A stretch of 64,000 bases of DNA from an uncultured Spirochaetota bacterium. Lineage in GTDB: Bacteria; Spirochaetota; Brevinematia; Brevinematales; JAOACQ01. Every line of letters starts with the position of its first letter. The stretch's first letter is position 1. A program made the position numbers and the translations under genes. The notes beneath the pieces were generated by a model that was not told the origin of the DNA, searched no databases, and saw only the letters and a program-made list of their open reading frames with translations. The stretch lies in NCBI GenBank assembly GCA_963835575.1, contig CAWIGG010000004.1, positions 224,001-288,000 on the forward strand. The letters are read 5' to 3'. This document shows, piece by piece, positions 47,010 through 57,458 of this stretch.

Positions 47010-47867
47010 GTGGAATTCTCCTTTTTCTGGATTCTGCTTTCATTATCAGGCTATGCCGCCTTTTATTGCGGGCAGTTCCTGCTGAAACCGGTCTTGAAAA
47101 AAAAGGAGGTCCTTTATTTACTGCTTTTTTTATCAGCCGGTGTGATTTTTTTTATTCCTGTATTAGGCGCTGTTTTATTAGTTAATTTTACAGCCGTTTT
47201 TTTATTCCGGCATGTTTTAAGAAATAAAAAAAGACTCTATACCGGTTTATTGGTTTTTTTCCTAATAATACTGGTTGTGTTCTGCTTGTTTTATCTGCCC
47301 CGGGCGGATAAAATATGGATGATTTTGAATGAGAAAATTACTATCTGGATTAAACCGGTTCTGGCATTCATGTTCCGGTTCATGGAAGTTTTTTATGTGG
47401 CGGAATATTTCCGTTATATTTATCCGCCGGTTCTGACAGCCGGGGCGGCTTTGTTTTTTTATTTTACACTGGACAAACACCCGAAAAGCTTTCTGGGCCG
47501 GTTTCTGGGCCGGTTTGATCATAAGCTGGTTTTTGCTTTAATCGGGTTCTGGATCGTGTTCGGGGTTTTTGAGTTTTTGATCGATTTTTATAAAATTAAG
47601 ACCGGTTATTTGTTTTTTATAGAAACAGGAATTTTAAATATCTGTCTTTATTTTTCTTTTTTTTATATGATTTATGGTTTCTTATTATTGCTCTATTTCC
47701 TAAAAAAAAAGGGAGTGCTGTATTTAATATCCTTCCCGGTTATTATCGGGAGCCTGATCATTTCCGGGGGATTTATACTTTATTTACTCATACTTTTATT
47801 GGGGATAGGAGTTTCGGATATCTGGATGGATTATACAAAAAAGAGAATAAAAATACGTCCTGTTTGA
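47010..47867 (+). CDS. Membrane protein (YybS/DUF2232-like position)
   Basis: Multi-TM; between rpsR and rplI; C-terminal LGIGVSDIWMDY. Confidence 0.6.
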   Translation: MEFSFFWILLSLSGYAAFYCGQFLLKPVLKKKEVLYLLLFLSAGVIFFIPVLGAVLLVNFTAVFLFRHVLRNKKRLYTGLLVFFLIILVVFCLFYLPRADKIWMILNEKITIWIKPVLAFMFRFMEVFYVAEYFRYIYPPVLTAGAALFFYFTLDKHPKSFLGRFLGRFDHKLVFALIGFWIVFGVFEFLIDFYKIKTGYLFFIETGILNICLYFSFFYMIYGFLLLLYFLKKKGVLYLISFPVIIGSLIISGGFILYLLILLLGIGVSDIWMDYTKKRIKIRPV

Positions 47868-47880
47868 AAAGGAGGGTTCC

Positions 47881-48321
47881 ATGAAAGTCATTCTACTTGA
47901 TAATGTCGTCGGGCTCGGCAGAGCGGGCGATATAAAAAATGTAAAAGACGGATTTGCCAGAAATTATCTTCTTCCGCAAAAATTAGTCGAACTCGCTACA
48001 AAAAGCAAGGAAAAACATCTGCAGAAAATCACGGCAAGACTTATGGAAAAGGCCAAGAAATACTTTGATGACGCTGTCGTTCTTAAAGAGCAGATTGAAA
48101 AAGAAGAAATAGAAATCCACGCGAAAGCCGGCGAAGAAGGAAAGCTTTTCGGATCCATCACCAATACGGATTTATCCAGGATTTTAAAGGAAAAGGGCTT
48201 CGATATCGACAAAAAGAAAATTCTTCTGGATCATATTAAAGAAATCGGAGAGCATACTGCCAGGATCAAGCTTGATGAAGGCGTCATTGCCGGTATCAAA
48301 ATAAACGTTATAGCTGAATAA
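47881..48321 (+). CDS. rplI: 50S ribosomal protein L9
   Basis: MKVILL, LGRAGD, VKDGFARNYLLP, GKLFGSIT. Confidence 0.97.
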   Translation: MKVILLDNVVGLGRAGDIKNVKDGFARNYLLPQKLVELATKSKEKHLQKITARLMEKAKKYFDDAVVLKEQIEKEEIEIHAKAGEEGKLFGSITNTDLSRILKEKGFDIDKKKILLDHIKEIGEHTARIKLDEGVIAGIKINVIAE

Positions 48322-48323
48322 TT

Positions 48324-49724
48324 ATGGCTGTAGACGATCTCTTAAAAAGGATTCCTCCCAACAACATGGAGGCGGAACAGTCCTGCATCGGGGCTATGCT
48401 GATGTCAAAAACCGCTATTTCAGCGATTCAGGAAGTTTTAAGAGACGACGATTTTTTTGATGAAAAAAACAGGACCATTTATAAATCAATAGATGAGCTG
48501 AGCGAAAAAAACCTCCCTGTCGACGCGGTCAGCGTTTCTGAAAGGCTGTCATCAGCGGGCCTGCTTCAGAAAATCGGCGGAAGCGCCTATCTCGCGAAGC
48601 TGATCGAAAATGTCCCATCGCTGTCCAATGTTCAATATCATGCGCGGATCGTTCTGGAAAAATCCATGCTGAGGGAACTGATTAATTCCGCCAGGACAAT
48701 TATCGATAATGTTTATGAAAACCAGTCCGATGTCGAGAAAATTTCCGATGAGGCGGAACGTCTGATTTTTGACGTGACTAACCGGAAGCTCCGTTCAAAT
48801 TACAGACTGCTTAAGGAAATCCTGTCGGAAACGCTTAAAGGCATCGAACGCGTAGCGCATTCCAAGCATATCTATACAGGCCTCCCCACCGGTTTTACGG
48901 ATTTTGACGACAAAACAAGCGGTCTGCAGGACGGGGACCTGATCGTTATCGCCTCCAGGCCTTCAATGGGAAAAACAGCGCTTGCCCTTAATATTGCGGC
49001 AAATATTGCAAAAATGAAGGAAGAAAACGCAGTCATTGTCTTTTCGCTCGAAATGTCGTTCCAGGAACTCGTTCTCAGAATGCTTTCCGGCGAGTCCCGC
49101 ATTGATATGCAGAGGCTGCGTAAAGGCCAGCTCAACGCGCCGACCGGGGAATGGGACCATCTTGTACACGCCGCTGGAGTGCTTTCACGCATGAAAATTC
49201 TCGTGGACAATACGCCAGCCATATCACTCAATGAAATCAGGGCCAAAGCCAGGCGCGTCAAATCGAAATACGGAATCAAGCTCATCATCATCGACCACCT
49301 GCAGCTTGTCACTACCGTGGATTCAAATAAAATGATTGTCAACAGAAACAATGAAATATCTTACATATCAAGAAGCCTGAAGGCTTTAGCAAAGGAACTC
49401 GGTATTCCGATAATAGTATTATCGCAGCTTTCCAGAAAAGTGGATGAACGGGGCGGCGACCATAAACCGATCCTCTCCGACTTGAGGGAATCCGGCGCTA
49501 TTGAACAGGACGCCGATATCGTCGCTTTTCTCTACCGCGAGGAATATTACAAGAAAGACAGTGATAAAATAGGGCGTGCCGAACTTCTACTTCAAAAGCA
49601 GAGGAACGGCCCTACGGGCGATATCCAGCTGGCTTTCAGTAAAGAAACTGTCCGATTTGACAACCTGGATATTCATTCTGTATATCTCGAAGCGCAGAAC
49701 GCTCCGGCCGAAGAGGAATTTTAG
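48324..49724 (+). CDS. dnaB: Replicative DNA helicase DnaB
   Basis: PPNNMEAEQS, ASRPSMGKT, FSLEM, LSQLSR, SDLRESGAIEQDAD, KQRNGPTG. Confidence 0.97.
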   Translation: MAVDDLLKRIPPNNMEAEQSCIGAMLMSKTAISAIQEVLRDDDFFDEKNRTIYKSIDELSEKNLPVDAVSVSERLSSAGLLQKIGGSAYLAKLIENVPSLSNVQYHARIVLEKSMLRELINSARTIIDNVYENQSDVEKISDEAERLIFDVTNRKLRSNYRLLKEILSETLKGIERVAHSKHIYTGLPTGFTDFDDKTSGLQDGDLIVIASRPSMGKTALALNIAANIAKMKEENAVIVFSLEMSFQELVLRMLSGESRIDMQRLRKGQLNAPTGEWDHLVHAAGVLSRMKILVDNTPAISLNEIRAKARRVKSKYGIKLIIIDHLQLVTTVDSNKMIVNRNNEISYISRSLKALAKELGIPIIVLSQLSRKVDERGGDHKPILSDLRESGAIEQDADIVAFLYREEYYKKDSDKIGRAELLLQKQRNGPTGDIQLAFSKETVRFDNLDIHSVYLEAQNAPAEEEF

Positions 49725-49734
49725 GGGAAAAAAA

Positions 49735-50508
49735 ATGGATAAATTGAGGGCTTTTTTCCTTGATCTGGGCAAATTTACGCTTTTTTCGCTTGAGGCAATC
49801 CGTTATATCCCACGCAATATTGTAAAGCCTTCCGAAACAATCCGTAATATTATCATGATCGGCGTGCAGTCTGTACCTGTTGTGCTCATTACCGGCCTCT
49901 TTATGGGACTCATCATGGGCCTCCAATTGGGCGATGCCATGGAGTCAACTATTGCCGGTACGGCACAGTACATCAGCGGCGCTCTTTCAGTCAGCATGCT
50001 TAAAGAAATCGGCCCGGTTTTCACATCCCTGATCGTCGTCAGCAGGGTCTGCTCCTCTGTAACGGCGCAGATCGGAACGATGAAAGTAACGGAACAGATA
50101 GATGCCCTGAAAACATTCGCGGTCAATCCCATCGGTTTTCTGGTCAGTCCGAGGCTTCTTGCCGGAATTATTTCCCTGCCTATCCTGGGCTTTTTGTCCA
50201 TACTATTTTCCATGATAGGCGCCTGGCTGATGATCACAACAATCTATGATATTCCGACTCCCGTATTTCTGGAGGTCGCTCAAATCCCCTTGAAGCTGAA
50301 ATACATCTTTGAATCTTTTAGTAAAATGATGGTCATCGGGGGATTTATGCTTCTTGTCAGTACATACTGCGGGTTTGAAACAAAAGGCGGCGCCGCCGGT
50401 GTAGGTGAAGCGACAATCCGTTCCGTTGTAGTGAGCAGTTTTCTTGTAATACTATTGGACTATATTTTAGGCACCATATTTATTATGTTCACAGGCGGGA
50501 CACTCTGA
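49735..50508 (+). CDS. mlaE: MlaE-family ABC permease
   Basis: KEIGPV, AQIGTMKVTEQIDAL, P..FLVSPR, GGAAGVGEAT; ATG at 49735. Confidence 0.88.
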   Translation: MDKLRAFFLDLGKFTLFSLEAIRYIPRNIVKPSETIRNIIMIGVQSVPVVLITGLFMGLIMGLQLGDAMESTIAGTAQYISGALSVSMLKEIGPVFTSLIVVSRVCSSVTAQIGTMKVTEQIDALKTFAVNPIGFLVSPRLLAGIISLPILGFLSILFSMIGAWLMITTIYDIPTPVFLEVAQIPLKLKYIFESFSKMMVIGGFMLLVSTYCGFETKGGAAGVGEATIRSVVVSSFLVILLDYILGTIFIMFTGGTL

Positions 50509-51332
50509 TGCCGAATAAAAAAGTGGAAGTTTATTCTCTCAGCAAAACTCTTAATAAGAAAAAGGTGCTGGATGGCGTCGATCTGGAGATATTTGAAGGG
50601 GAAACCTTTGCCATCATAGGCCAGAGCGGTGTCGGAAAAAGCGTTTTGATCAAGCATATTATCGGATTAATGTCGCCTGACAAAGGAGAAATATATATTG
50701 ACGGCGAGAAAATAAATTATGACGATGCCGAAGAAGCCGATAAAATCCGGAGGAAGTTCGGTATGCTCTTCCAGGGAGGGGCTTTGTTTGATTCCCTTAC
50801 AGTCGGGGAAAATATTCTTTTTGCCCTGGACCATCTACGCCCCGAATTGACGGAGAACGAAAAACAGGAAAAAATGCTCCGGTCGCTTGAACTGGTGGAA
50901 CTGCCTGGAATAGCAGACCTGATGATCTCTTCGCTCTCAGGCGGGATGATGAAGCGCGTCGCTCTTGCGAGGGCCATTGTCGCCGAACCTTCAATCGTGC
51001 TTTTCGATGAGCCGACAACCGGTCTTGATCCGATAACCACCGCCAATATAAATGAATTGATCATCAGCCTGAAAAAGAAACTGAATACAACATTTATTCT
51101 GGTTACTCATGATATTAAAAGCGCTAAATATGTGTCAGACCGGATCGGTATGCTTTATAAAGGGAAAATGATTTTTGTCGGAACACCGAAAAAGCTTGAA
51201 AAAACGGACAATCCTTATGTTCAGCAGTTCATCCAGGGAAAATATGAAGGACCTATCACCGAAGATTATAACACCATGATAGAGGGAATTTTAAAGAGTT
51301 CCGTTCAAATAAAAAGAAATGAAGTGAGGTGA
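50508..51332 (+). CDS. mlaF: MlaF-family ABC ATPase
   Basis: GQSGVGKS, LFQGGALFDSL, LSGGMMKR, DEPTTGLDP. Confidence 0.88.
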   Translation: MPNKKVEVYSLSKTLNKKKVLDGVDLEIFEGETFAIIGQSGVGKSVLIKHIIGLMSPDKGEIYIDGEKINYDDAEEADKIRRKFGMLFQGGALFDSLTVGENILFALDHLRPELTENEKQEKMLRSLELVELPGIADLMISSLSGGMMKRVALARAIVAEPSIVLFDEPTTGLDPITTANINELIISLKKKLNTTFILVTHDIKSAKYVSDRIGMLYKGKMIFVGTPKKLEKTDNPYVQQFIQGKYEGPITEDYNTMIEGILKSSVQIKRNEVR

Positions 51333-51338
51333 TCTTAT

Positions 51339-52286
51339 ATGGAAAGAGGAAAAAAAATAAATAATGTGGCCCTGGGCGCTTTTATTTTTGCCGGGATTTT
51401 TCTCCTGTTTTTCTTTATTTATTTTGCCGGAAAATTCAGTTTTCTCCTGGGCGGCGGCTACAGCCTTTCAATTGAATATGATTTTGTCGATAATCTGCAG
51501 ATTGGCGCCAAAGTCCGCGTTTCCGGCGGGCCAGCCATCGGATATATTGATAAAATATCCTTTGAAACAGGAAAAATCGTTATCAGGGCCCTTTTAGAGG
51601 GAAAATACAGGATTAACAGGGGAGCTAATTTTTATATCTATTCCACCAGTCTTGTGGGCCAGAAGTATATTAATGTTTCCGGTTACAATCCTAACGCCCC
51701 TGAATTTTATACCAATAATGAATATATTATGGGCAGAAGCCCGATCGGTTTTGCCCGGACCATCGAACTGGCGGGTTCTGCTGTTAACAGCCTCATATCC
51801 TCCAATAATTCAGATACGATCAATCAGGTCAAGGAGACTTTTCAAAATACTATAGAGCTGATAGCTGGATTGAACCGTGTTATCCATGATAATGAGAAAG
51901 ATCTGCGGGATAGTATTCACAACCTTAATATGGGTTTGAAAAATTCAGCCGAAGTGATGAACCGTGTCAGCGCGACGATGCTGAACCTGGAGTCTTTTTC
52001 AAAGAAAATCAATAATAGCATGGATGCTTTCTCTGAAAATGATATGAAGGACCTTGTGAGCAATATCACAATATTAAGCTATAATCTGAAAGTCCTTTCG
52101 GCCGATATCAACACTCTTACCTACGATAAAGACAGCCCTCTCGGCCTGGTCCGGGACAAGGAAATGAGGACAAGGCTGGAAAATACCATTAAGAACTTTG
52201 AGGATTTCAGCAAGACAATCAGCGACAACCCGTCAAAGCTGCTCTTCGGAGGAAAGGAACAGCCTAAAAAAACAGATAAAAAATGA
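51339..52286 (+). CDS. mlaD: MlaD/MCE-family protein
   Basis: N-terminal TM, LQIGAKVRVSG, SLVGQKYI, helical C-terminus. Confidence 0.82.
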   Translation: MERGKKINNVALGAFIFAGIFLLFFFIYFAGKFSFLLGGGYSLSIEYDFVDNLQIGAKVRVSGGPAIGYIDKISFETGKIVIRALLEGKYRINRGANFYIYSTSLVGQKYINVSGYNPNAPEFYTNNEYIMGRSPIGFARTIELAGSAVNSLISSNNSDTINQVKETFQNTIELIAGLNRVIHDNEKDLRDSIHNLNMGLKNSAEVMNRVSATMLNLESFSKKINNSMDAFSENDMKDLVSNITILSYNLKVLSADINTLTYDKDSPLGLVRDKEMRTRLENTIKNFEDFSKTISDNPSKLLFGGKEQPKKTDKK

Positions 52287-52330
52287 ATGCCGGTCTCAAT
52301 TAATTTCAATATTCAAAAAAAGGATTTTCT

Positions 52331-53002
52331 ATGATACCATTAAAAGATGATAATCCGTCTCGCCATTTCCCGATTGTCAATACAATTCTGATTATTCTGA
52401 ATATAGTTGTTTTTATATTTCAGCTGACCGGACAGATGAGAAACCAGGAGCTTGTATTTAAATATTCTCTTATTCCCTCCCTTTTTTTCTCAGACCCGTT
52501 AACGAACTGGTACCGTCCCATCACATATGTTTTTCTTCATGGCGGTTTCATGCACATAATCGGCAATATGCTCTTTCTTTATATTTTCGGGGATAACATT
52601 GAGGATATCCTCGGCCATGTCCGCTATATATTCTTTTTCTTCCTGTCCGGTATCTGCGGAGGCCTGCTTCAGGCGGCTTTTTCCGCCCATTCCTCTATCC
52701 CGATCATCGGCGCTAGCGGCGCCATTTCAGGCGTAATAACTGCTTATATGATTCTATTCCCCCTTAAAAAAATCCTGACTCTTATTTTTCTTGGTTTTTT
52801 TATACTGCCGGTAAAAATACCCGCTTTTTTTTACATAGCCGTCTGGATTATCATTCAATTTTATAATGGTTTATTCAGCATCACAAACATAGGAGACAAA
52901 GGCGGGGTTGCCTATCTTGTCCATGTCGGCGGGATATTATTCGGATTTTTTTATATCTTATTGAGAAAAAGAAAATTACAGCAAAGATATGATAACGGAT
53001 AA
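52331..53002 (+). CDS. Rhomboid intramembrane serine protease
   Basis: MIPLKD, FLHGG..H..GNM, GASGA, AY..HVGG. Confidence 0.92.
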   Translation: MIPLKDDNPSRHFPIVNTILIILNIVVFIFQLTGQMRNQELVFKYSLIPSLFFSDPLTNWYRPITYVFLHGGFMHIIGNMLFLYIFGDNIEDILGHVRYIFFFFLSGICGGLLQAAFSAHSSIPIIGASGAISGVITAYMILFPLKKILTLIFLGFFILPVKIPAFFYIAVWIIIQFYNGLFSITNIGDKGGVAYLVHVGGILFGFFYILLRKRKLQQRYDNG

Positions 53003-53064
53003 GGATTTACTCTTGAAACTCAAGCATTTTTTAAACAATATAAAATTTTTACTTCCCTTCCTTC

Positions 53065-53088
53065 GCTAATAGCTAATAGCTAATAGCT
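53065..53088. repeat. Heptamer tandem repeat (GCTAATA)x3
   Basis: gctaatagctaatagctaatagct just after the purD stop. Confidence 0.6.
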
Positions 53089-53092
53089 GATC

Positions 53093-54373
53093 CTATTTTT
53101 CCATGAATTTAAGGCCCTTTTTACCGATGTCCCTCCGGTAAGTGACTCCCTGAAAATCTATTTCAGTCGCCTTGGTATAAGCTCTTTTGATTGATTCGCG
53201 TAATGTCGGTCCCAAAGCCGATACGCATAAAACCCTGCCCCCGTCAGTTACAATAGTACCGTCCGGAAGCTTTTTTGACCCGGCATGAAAAACATAAATT
53301 CCCTGTTCGTCAGGCAGATTGCCTTTGATTTCGAAACCTTTTAAATAATCATCCGGATAACCCTGCGAAGCAAGAACAACACCCGTACAGTACCCTTCAT
53401 GATGCTCAAGTTTAAGCTCGCCAAGCCGGTTTTCTTTAACAGAGAGTACAATATCCAGAAAATCTGTTTTTAATAAAGGCAGAACAACCTGGGCTTCCGG
53501 ATCGCCGAACCTCACGTTATATTCTATGACTGATGGTCCGCTTTTTGTCAGCATCAATCCCAGATAGAGAAAACCGGTATAGGGATTTCCTTCTTTCTGC
53601 ATTCCGTGGATTGTGGGACGTATGATATTTTCTATAATGATCTGTTTCAGATTATCATTTAAAAATGGGACCGGCGCATACGCACCCATACCGCCGGTAT
53701 TCGGCCCTTTATCATTATCATAAATCCTCTTATGGTCCTGGGCTGAAGCAATCCATTTGAAATCAACACCGTCTGTAATAATAAAAACACTGACTTCGAT
53801 TCCTTCAAGCAAATCTTCAATTATAATTTTATCGCCGGCGCTTCCGAACTCCTTTTTCAGCATTATCCTGTTCACAGCTGTCAGAGTTTCCTCAACAGTA
53901 CTGCTGACTATTGAACCTTTTCCGGCCGCCAGGCCGTCGGTCTTTACCACAAGCGGCCTGTTAATTTTCCTGACAAAATTGATAGCTTTTTGAGGATCAT
54001 CAAAAATCTCAAACTTCGCGGTGGGTATATTATACCTGGCCAGGAATTCTTTCATATAAGCCTTGCTGCCTTCCAGCCGCGAGGCTTTCTGCGTAGGACC
54101 GAAAACGGCTGTTTTTGTTTTTCTCAGGATATCAACGACGCCGTCAACAAGCGGCTGTTCCGGGCCGACAATAACCAGGTCAATCTTCCCCAGTTCAACA
54201 AATTCCAGCAGGTCCGCAAAGGGATGGCTGATATCCGCCGGTACATTCCTTCCGTACTTGGATGTTCCGCCGTTTCCAGGTATAATAAATAAATTCCGGC
54301 ATTTAGGGCTTTTAGAAACAGCCCATGCAATCGCGCTTTCTCTGCCTCCATTCCCGATAACAGCGATATTCAT
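53093..54373 (-). CDS. purD: Phosphoribosylamine--glycine ligase
   Basis: IGNGGRE, PGNGG, VGPE.PL, LEGSK, DGLAAGKG, QDHKR, GPNTGGMGAY, RFGDPE; ATG 54373 with GAGGAG. Confidence 0.97.
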   Translation of the reverse strand: MNIAVIGNGGRESAIAWAVSKSPKCRNLFIIPGNGGTSKYGRNVPADISHPFADLLEFVELGKIDLVIVGPEQPLVDGVVDILRKTKTAVFGPTQKASRLEGSKAYMKEFLARYNIPTAKFEIFDDPQKAINFVRKINRPLVVKTDGLAAGKGSIVSSTVEETLTAVNRIMLKKEFGSAGDKIIIEDLLEGIEVSVFIITDGVDFKWIASAQDHKRIYDNDKGPNTGGMGAYAPVPFLNDNLKQIIIENIIRPTIHGMQKEGNPYTGFLYLGLMLTKSGPSVIEYNVRFGDPEAQVVLPLLKTDFLDIVLSVKENRLGELKLEHHEGYCTGVVLASQGYPDDYLKGFEIKGNLPDEQGIYVFHAGSKKLPDGTIVTDGGRVLCVSALGPTLRESIKRAYTKATEIDFQGVTYRRDIGKKGLKFMEK

Positions 54374-54547
54374 ATGCATGCTCCTCAGAATATTTTTTGA
54401 ATATTTAATTATATGTTCAACCATTCAAAACAGCAATTTTTTACAGAAATTAAGACCTAATTAAGTTAATATGGGCACTTTAATATTCAATAATATTGAT
54501 TTAAGCTCCTGATATTCTTATAATAATCACTGTAATAAAAAAAGAGG

Positions 54548-55189
54548 GTGCGGGATTTTTCCTGTTTAAAAATGAATTTAAAAAAATATTCCCTGCCGAC
54601 TATCTTACCTTCTCTTAATACAGTTCTCGGACGATTGGGTTATAATTTCAAAAAAAGCATACTGGATGAAAAAACAGAGTTGATGATAAAAAAAGAAATT
54701 GAGTCTGCTTCTCACTTTATCAAACCTTCCGGTCACAGCCTGGATTGCCGGATTTTGAATCAAACCGATGATGCCGTAACACTGGACAGCGGCATCTCGT
54801 TACAATCTAAAAAATTATCAAAAATACTGGAAAATGCCGAAAAAGTTACTCTTTTAATCTGCACGATCGGGAAATTACTGCCTGATGAAACAGCCCGCCT
54901 CATGAAAAATGAGGAAATAACAAGGGCTGTCATTCTGGACGCAATCGGCAGCGAAGCGGTTGAAGCCTTTGCCGATTATATGACCGGTGTGCTGATGCAG
55001 GAAAATACCGTTTTCGGCCTGAAACCTTCCATGCGCTACAGCCCTGGATACGGAGATCTCAATACGGAGACACATAAAGAAATTCTTCCACTTCTCGAAG
55101 CGGATAAAATCGGAGTCGGCTGTCATAAAGAGAGCTTTATCCTCATTCCTGAAAAATCCATATCAGCCATTATCGGGTGGCTCCAATAA
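54548..55189 (+). CDS. Stand-alone B12-dependent methionine synthase activation-domain protein
   Basis: CTIG, LDAIGSEAVE, RYSPGYGD, PEKSISAIIG; start may be ATG 54572. Confidence 0.8.
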   Translation: MRDFSCLKMNLKKYSLPTILPSLNTVLGRLGYNFKKSILDEKTELMIKKEIESASHFIKPSGHSLDCRILNQTDDAVTLDSGISLQSKKLSKILENAEKVTLLICTIGKLLPDETARLMKNEEITRAVILDAIGSEAVEAFADYMTGVLMQENTVFGLKPSMRYSPGYGDLNTETHKEILPLLEADKIGVGCHKESFILIPEKSISAIIGWLQ

Positions 55190-55487
55190 ACTCATGATTC
55201 AAAGTCCCTGATCCGGTTCAAAAACCAGGCGCCGCCAGACTTACGGCAGATGTAATACTTAAACATGAGCTATTAAATGATAACTTTCGACTTTCGGCTA
55301 TTGTCAGCCGGTTATTTAGCTTGTACCTTATGAATTGATTTTTTTATAATTATCAGTTAGAATATATGGCTGTTAGATATTTACCGCAATATAGTGTTTT
55401 ATTTATTTCTCTGCCCCTTAGACAGGCCCGGAATCCGGGTTGGATCCGGCGGAGGAGCGGAGAAAATATTTTTTCGGGGTTGGAGGG

Positions 55488-56507
55488 ATGGAAAATATAG
55501 AATTAAAAAAAAACATCTATCAGAACCTCCGTATCGGCGAATTGGGCGGTGCTGAAGATTTAACCCTGAAAGGCATGGAAGAAGATATTCATAATACGGA
55601 TTATGAAAAGATATTAAAAATCATAAAATTCTGGCAGAACCGTAAGGAGTTTTTTCAGTATGACGACTCTAACGGCGAAAAATTAATAGAAGAATGGGAC
55701 AAATTCCTGGATTTCTGTAAAGATCAGCGGATAGATAATAAAAAGGCCGTTTTATCCATTAAAAATTTTATTTTCAACAGAGTTATCGAGATCCTGATCG
55801 AATCGTACAGGCTTTCACCGGTGCCGGAAAGAGAAACCCTTGTTCTTCTGGGGCAATCATTTTATGAAATCGGTATGCTGGATAAATCCATTGAGACGCT
55901 CGAATACGCCATGTCCCTTGCTTCCGGAGATGATGATATCCGCATATATTCTATACTTGGTAATCTTTACTATGAGTCAGGGGAAAATGATTCGGCAATG
56001 GTTATGTTTAATGAGGCTTTCTTAAAATTTCCCCAGCTTGTGAATATAGAAAATATAGAGTATCCGCCTATCCGGAATTTAAAGAAGGTCATTGAAGAAG
56101 ACGGATTCAAGGACAATGAAATTCTGGAATGGATCGCGGTTTACGGTTATTTATATGAAGGCCTGACAGCCCGGCGGAAATTAGAATATAATGACTATAT
56201 GGAACTCAAAGAGAAAATAATTGATTATGAAAAATCCCTAAAAATTGATAAAAAAGTGAGGAATATCATCATTCCCCGTCTGATCAATTTCTATTTATGG
56301 GTCCTTGATTATTATCTTTTTCAGCTTGGGGCATTTGAAACCGCTGAAAATGTCAGTAAAAGGGTGATTGATCTTCTGGACCAGGTCAGCTGTAAAGAAG
56401 ACACAAAAAACAAATTGATCAACAGGGCGTCCCTGTTATTTAAAAGCTTACTCACAAAAAAAGATGATAAAAAGAGCGCAATTGAACCGGTAGAAAAGGC
56501 TAACTGA
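55488..56507 (+). CDS. TPR-containing hypothetical protein
   Basis: LGQSFYEIG..DKSI and LGNLYYESG TPR-like helices; ATG 55488 after GGAGG. Confidence 0.65.
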   Translation: MENIELKKNIYQNLRIGELGGAEDLTLKGMEEDIHNTDYEKILKIIKFWQNRKEFFQYDDSNGEKLIEEWDKFLDFCKDQRIDNKKAVLSIKNFIFNRVIEILIESYRLSPVPERETLVLLGQSFYEIGMLDKSIETLEYAMSLASGDDDIRIYSILGNLYYESGENDSAMVMFNEAFLKFPQLVNIENIEYPPIRNLKKVIEEDGFKDNEILEWIAVYGYLYEGLTARRKLEYNDYMELKEKIIDYEKSLKIDKKVRNIIIPRLINFYLWVLDYYLFQLGAFETAENVSKRVIDLLDQVSCKEDTKNKLINRASLLFKSLLTKKDDKKSAIEPVEKAN

Positions 56508-56524
56508 CGGCAAAGGATGGATTT

Positions 56525-57439
56525 ATGTCTATTGTCGCTGTAGGTTCCCTGGCTTTTGACAGCATTAAAACCAGCGAAGGGGAAAGAGAAAAAATCCTGG
56601 GGGGATCTCTTACTCATTTCACCAATGCGGCATGTTTTTTGTCAAAACCGCATCTTGTCGGCGTGGTAGGGAATGATTTTAAAGAAAGCCACTGGAATTT
56701 TATTCAATCAAAATCAAAAAGCATAGAAGGCATTGAGGTTCTTCAGGATGAAAAATGCTTTTTCTGGGAAGGCGTTTACTCCGATGATTTCGATAACAGG
56801 GACACAATAAAAACCGAACTGAATGCCTTCGCCAAATTCGATCCCAGAGTGCCGGATAGTTATAAAAAGGGGCGGTATATCCTTTTTCTGGCTAATATTG
56901 ACCCGAGCACTCAGAAAAAGGTTGTTCTGCAGAGTAAAAACAGCTCGTTTAAAATACTTGATACGATGAACTTATGGATTGAAAAAAGACGCGATAATCT
57001 GGAAGAAGTTCTGCGGATGGTTGACGGCATAATTATTAATGAAAGCGAGGCTTTTTTATTAACCGGGGAAAAAAGCCTTTTAAAGGCCGCTCAAAAATTA
57101 TTCCGGCCGAATTTTAAATTGATTATTGTTAAAAAAGGGTCAAACGGAGTTATGATTTTCGGCAGGGATTTTATCGTCACTCTGCCCGCTTATCCGGTCA
57201 GGAATGTTATTGATCCTACAGGGGCCGGGGATAGTTTCGCCGGTGCTTTTATCAGCTATATTGATCATTACGGGATAAGGAAATTTAACCAGAAAAATAT
57301 TAAAAAAGCCGCCGCTTACGCGGCTGTTGTGGCGTCTTTTGCCGTTGAAGATTTCGGGGTTGACGGCATTAATAAAATTACGAAAAAAGATATAGAACGG
57401 CGGTTAAAAGAATTTGAAAAAATGGCTGCATTCAAATAA
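56525..57439 (+). CDS. PfkB-family carbohydrate kinase
   Basis: VGSLAFD, LGGS, NESEA, VKKG, DPTGAGDSFAG. Confidence 0.92.
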   Translation: MSIVAVGSLAFDSIKTSEGEREKILGGSLTHFTNAACFLSKPHLVGVVGNDFKESHWNFIQSKSKSIEGIEVLQDEKCFFWEGVYSDDFDNRDTIKTELNAFAKFDPRVPDSYKKGRYILFLANIDPSTQKKVVLQSKNSSFKILDTMNLWIEKRRDNLEEVLRMVDGIIINESEAFLLTGEKSLLKAAQKLFRPNFKLIIVKKGSNGVMIFGRDFIVTLPAYPVRNVIDPTGAGDSFAGAFISYIDHYGIRKFNQKNIKKAAAYAAVVASFAVEDFGVDGINKITKKDIERRLKEFEKMAAFK

Positions 57440-57458
57440 ATGAGAGGAGAAAAAAGTC

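Noticed and set aside
55190..55480. Intergenic stretch with local resemblance to glmS ribozyme, 6S RNA or tmRNA
   Set aside because: Core motifs and terminal stems could not be matched; an Rfam search would be needed
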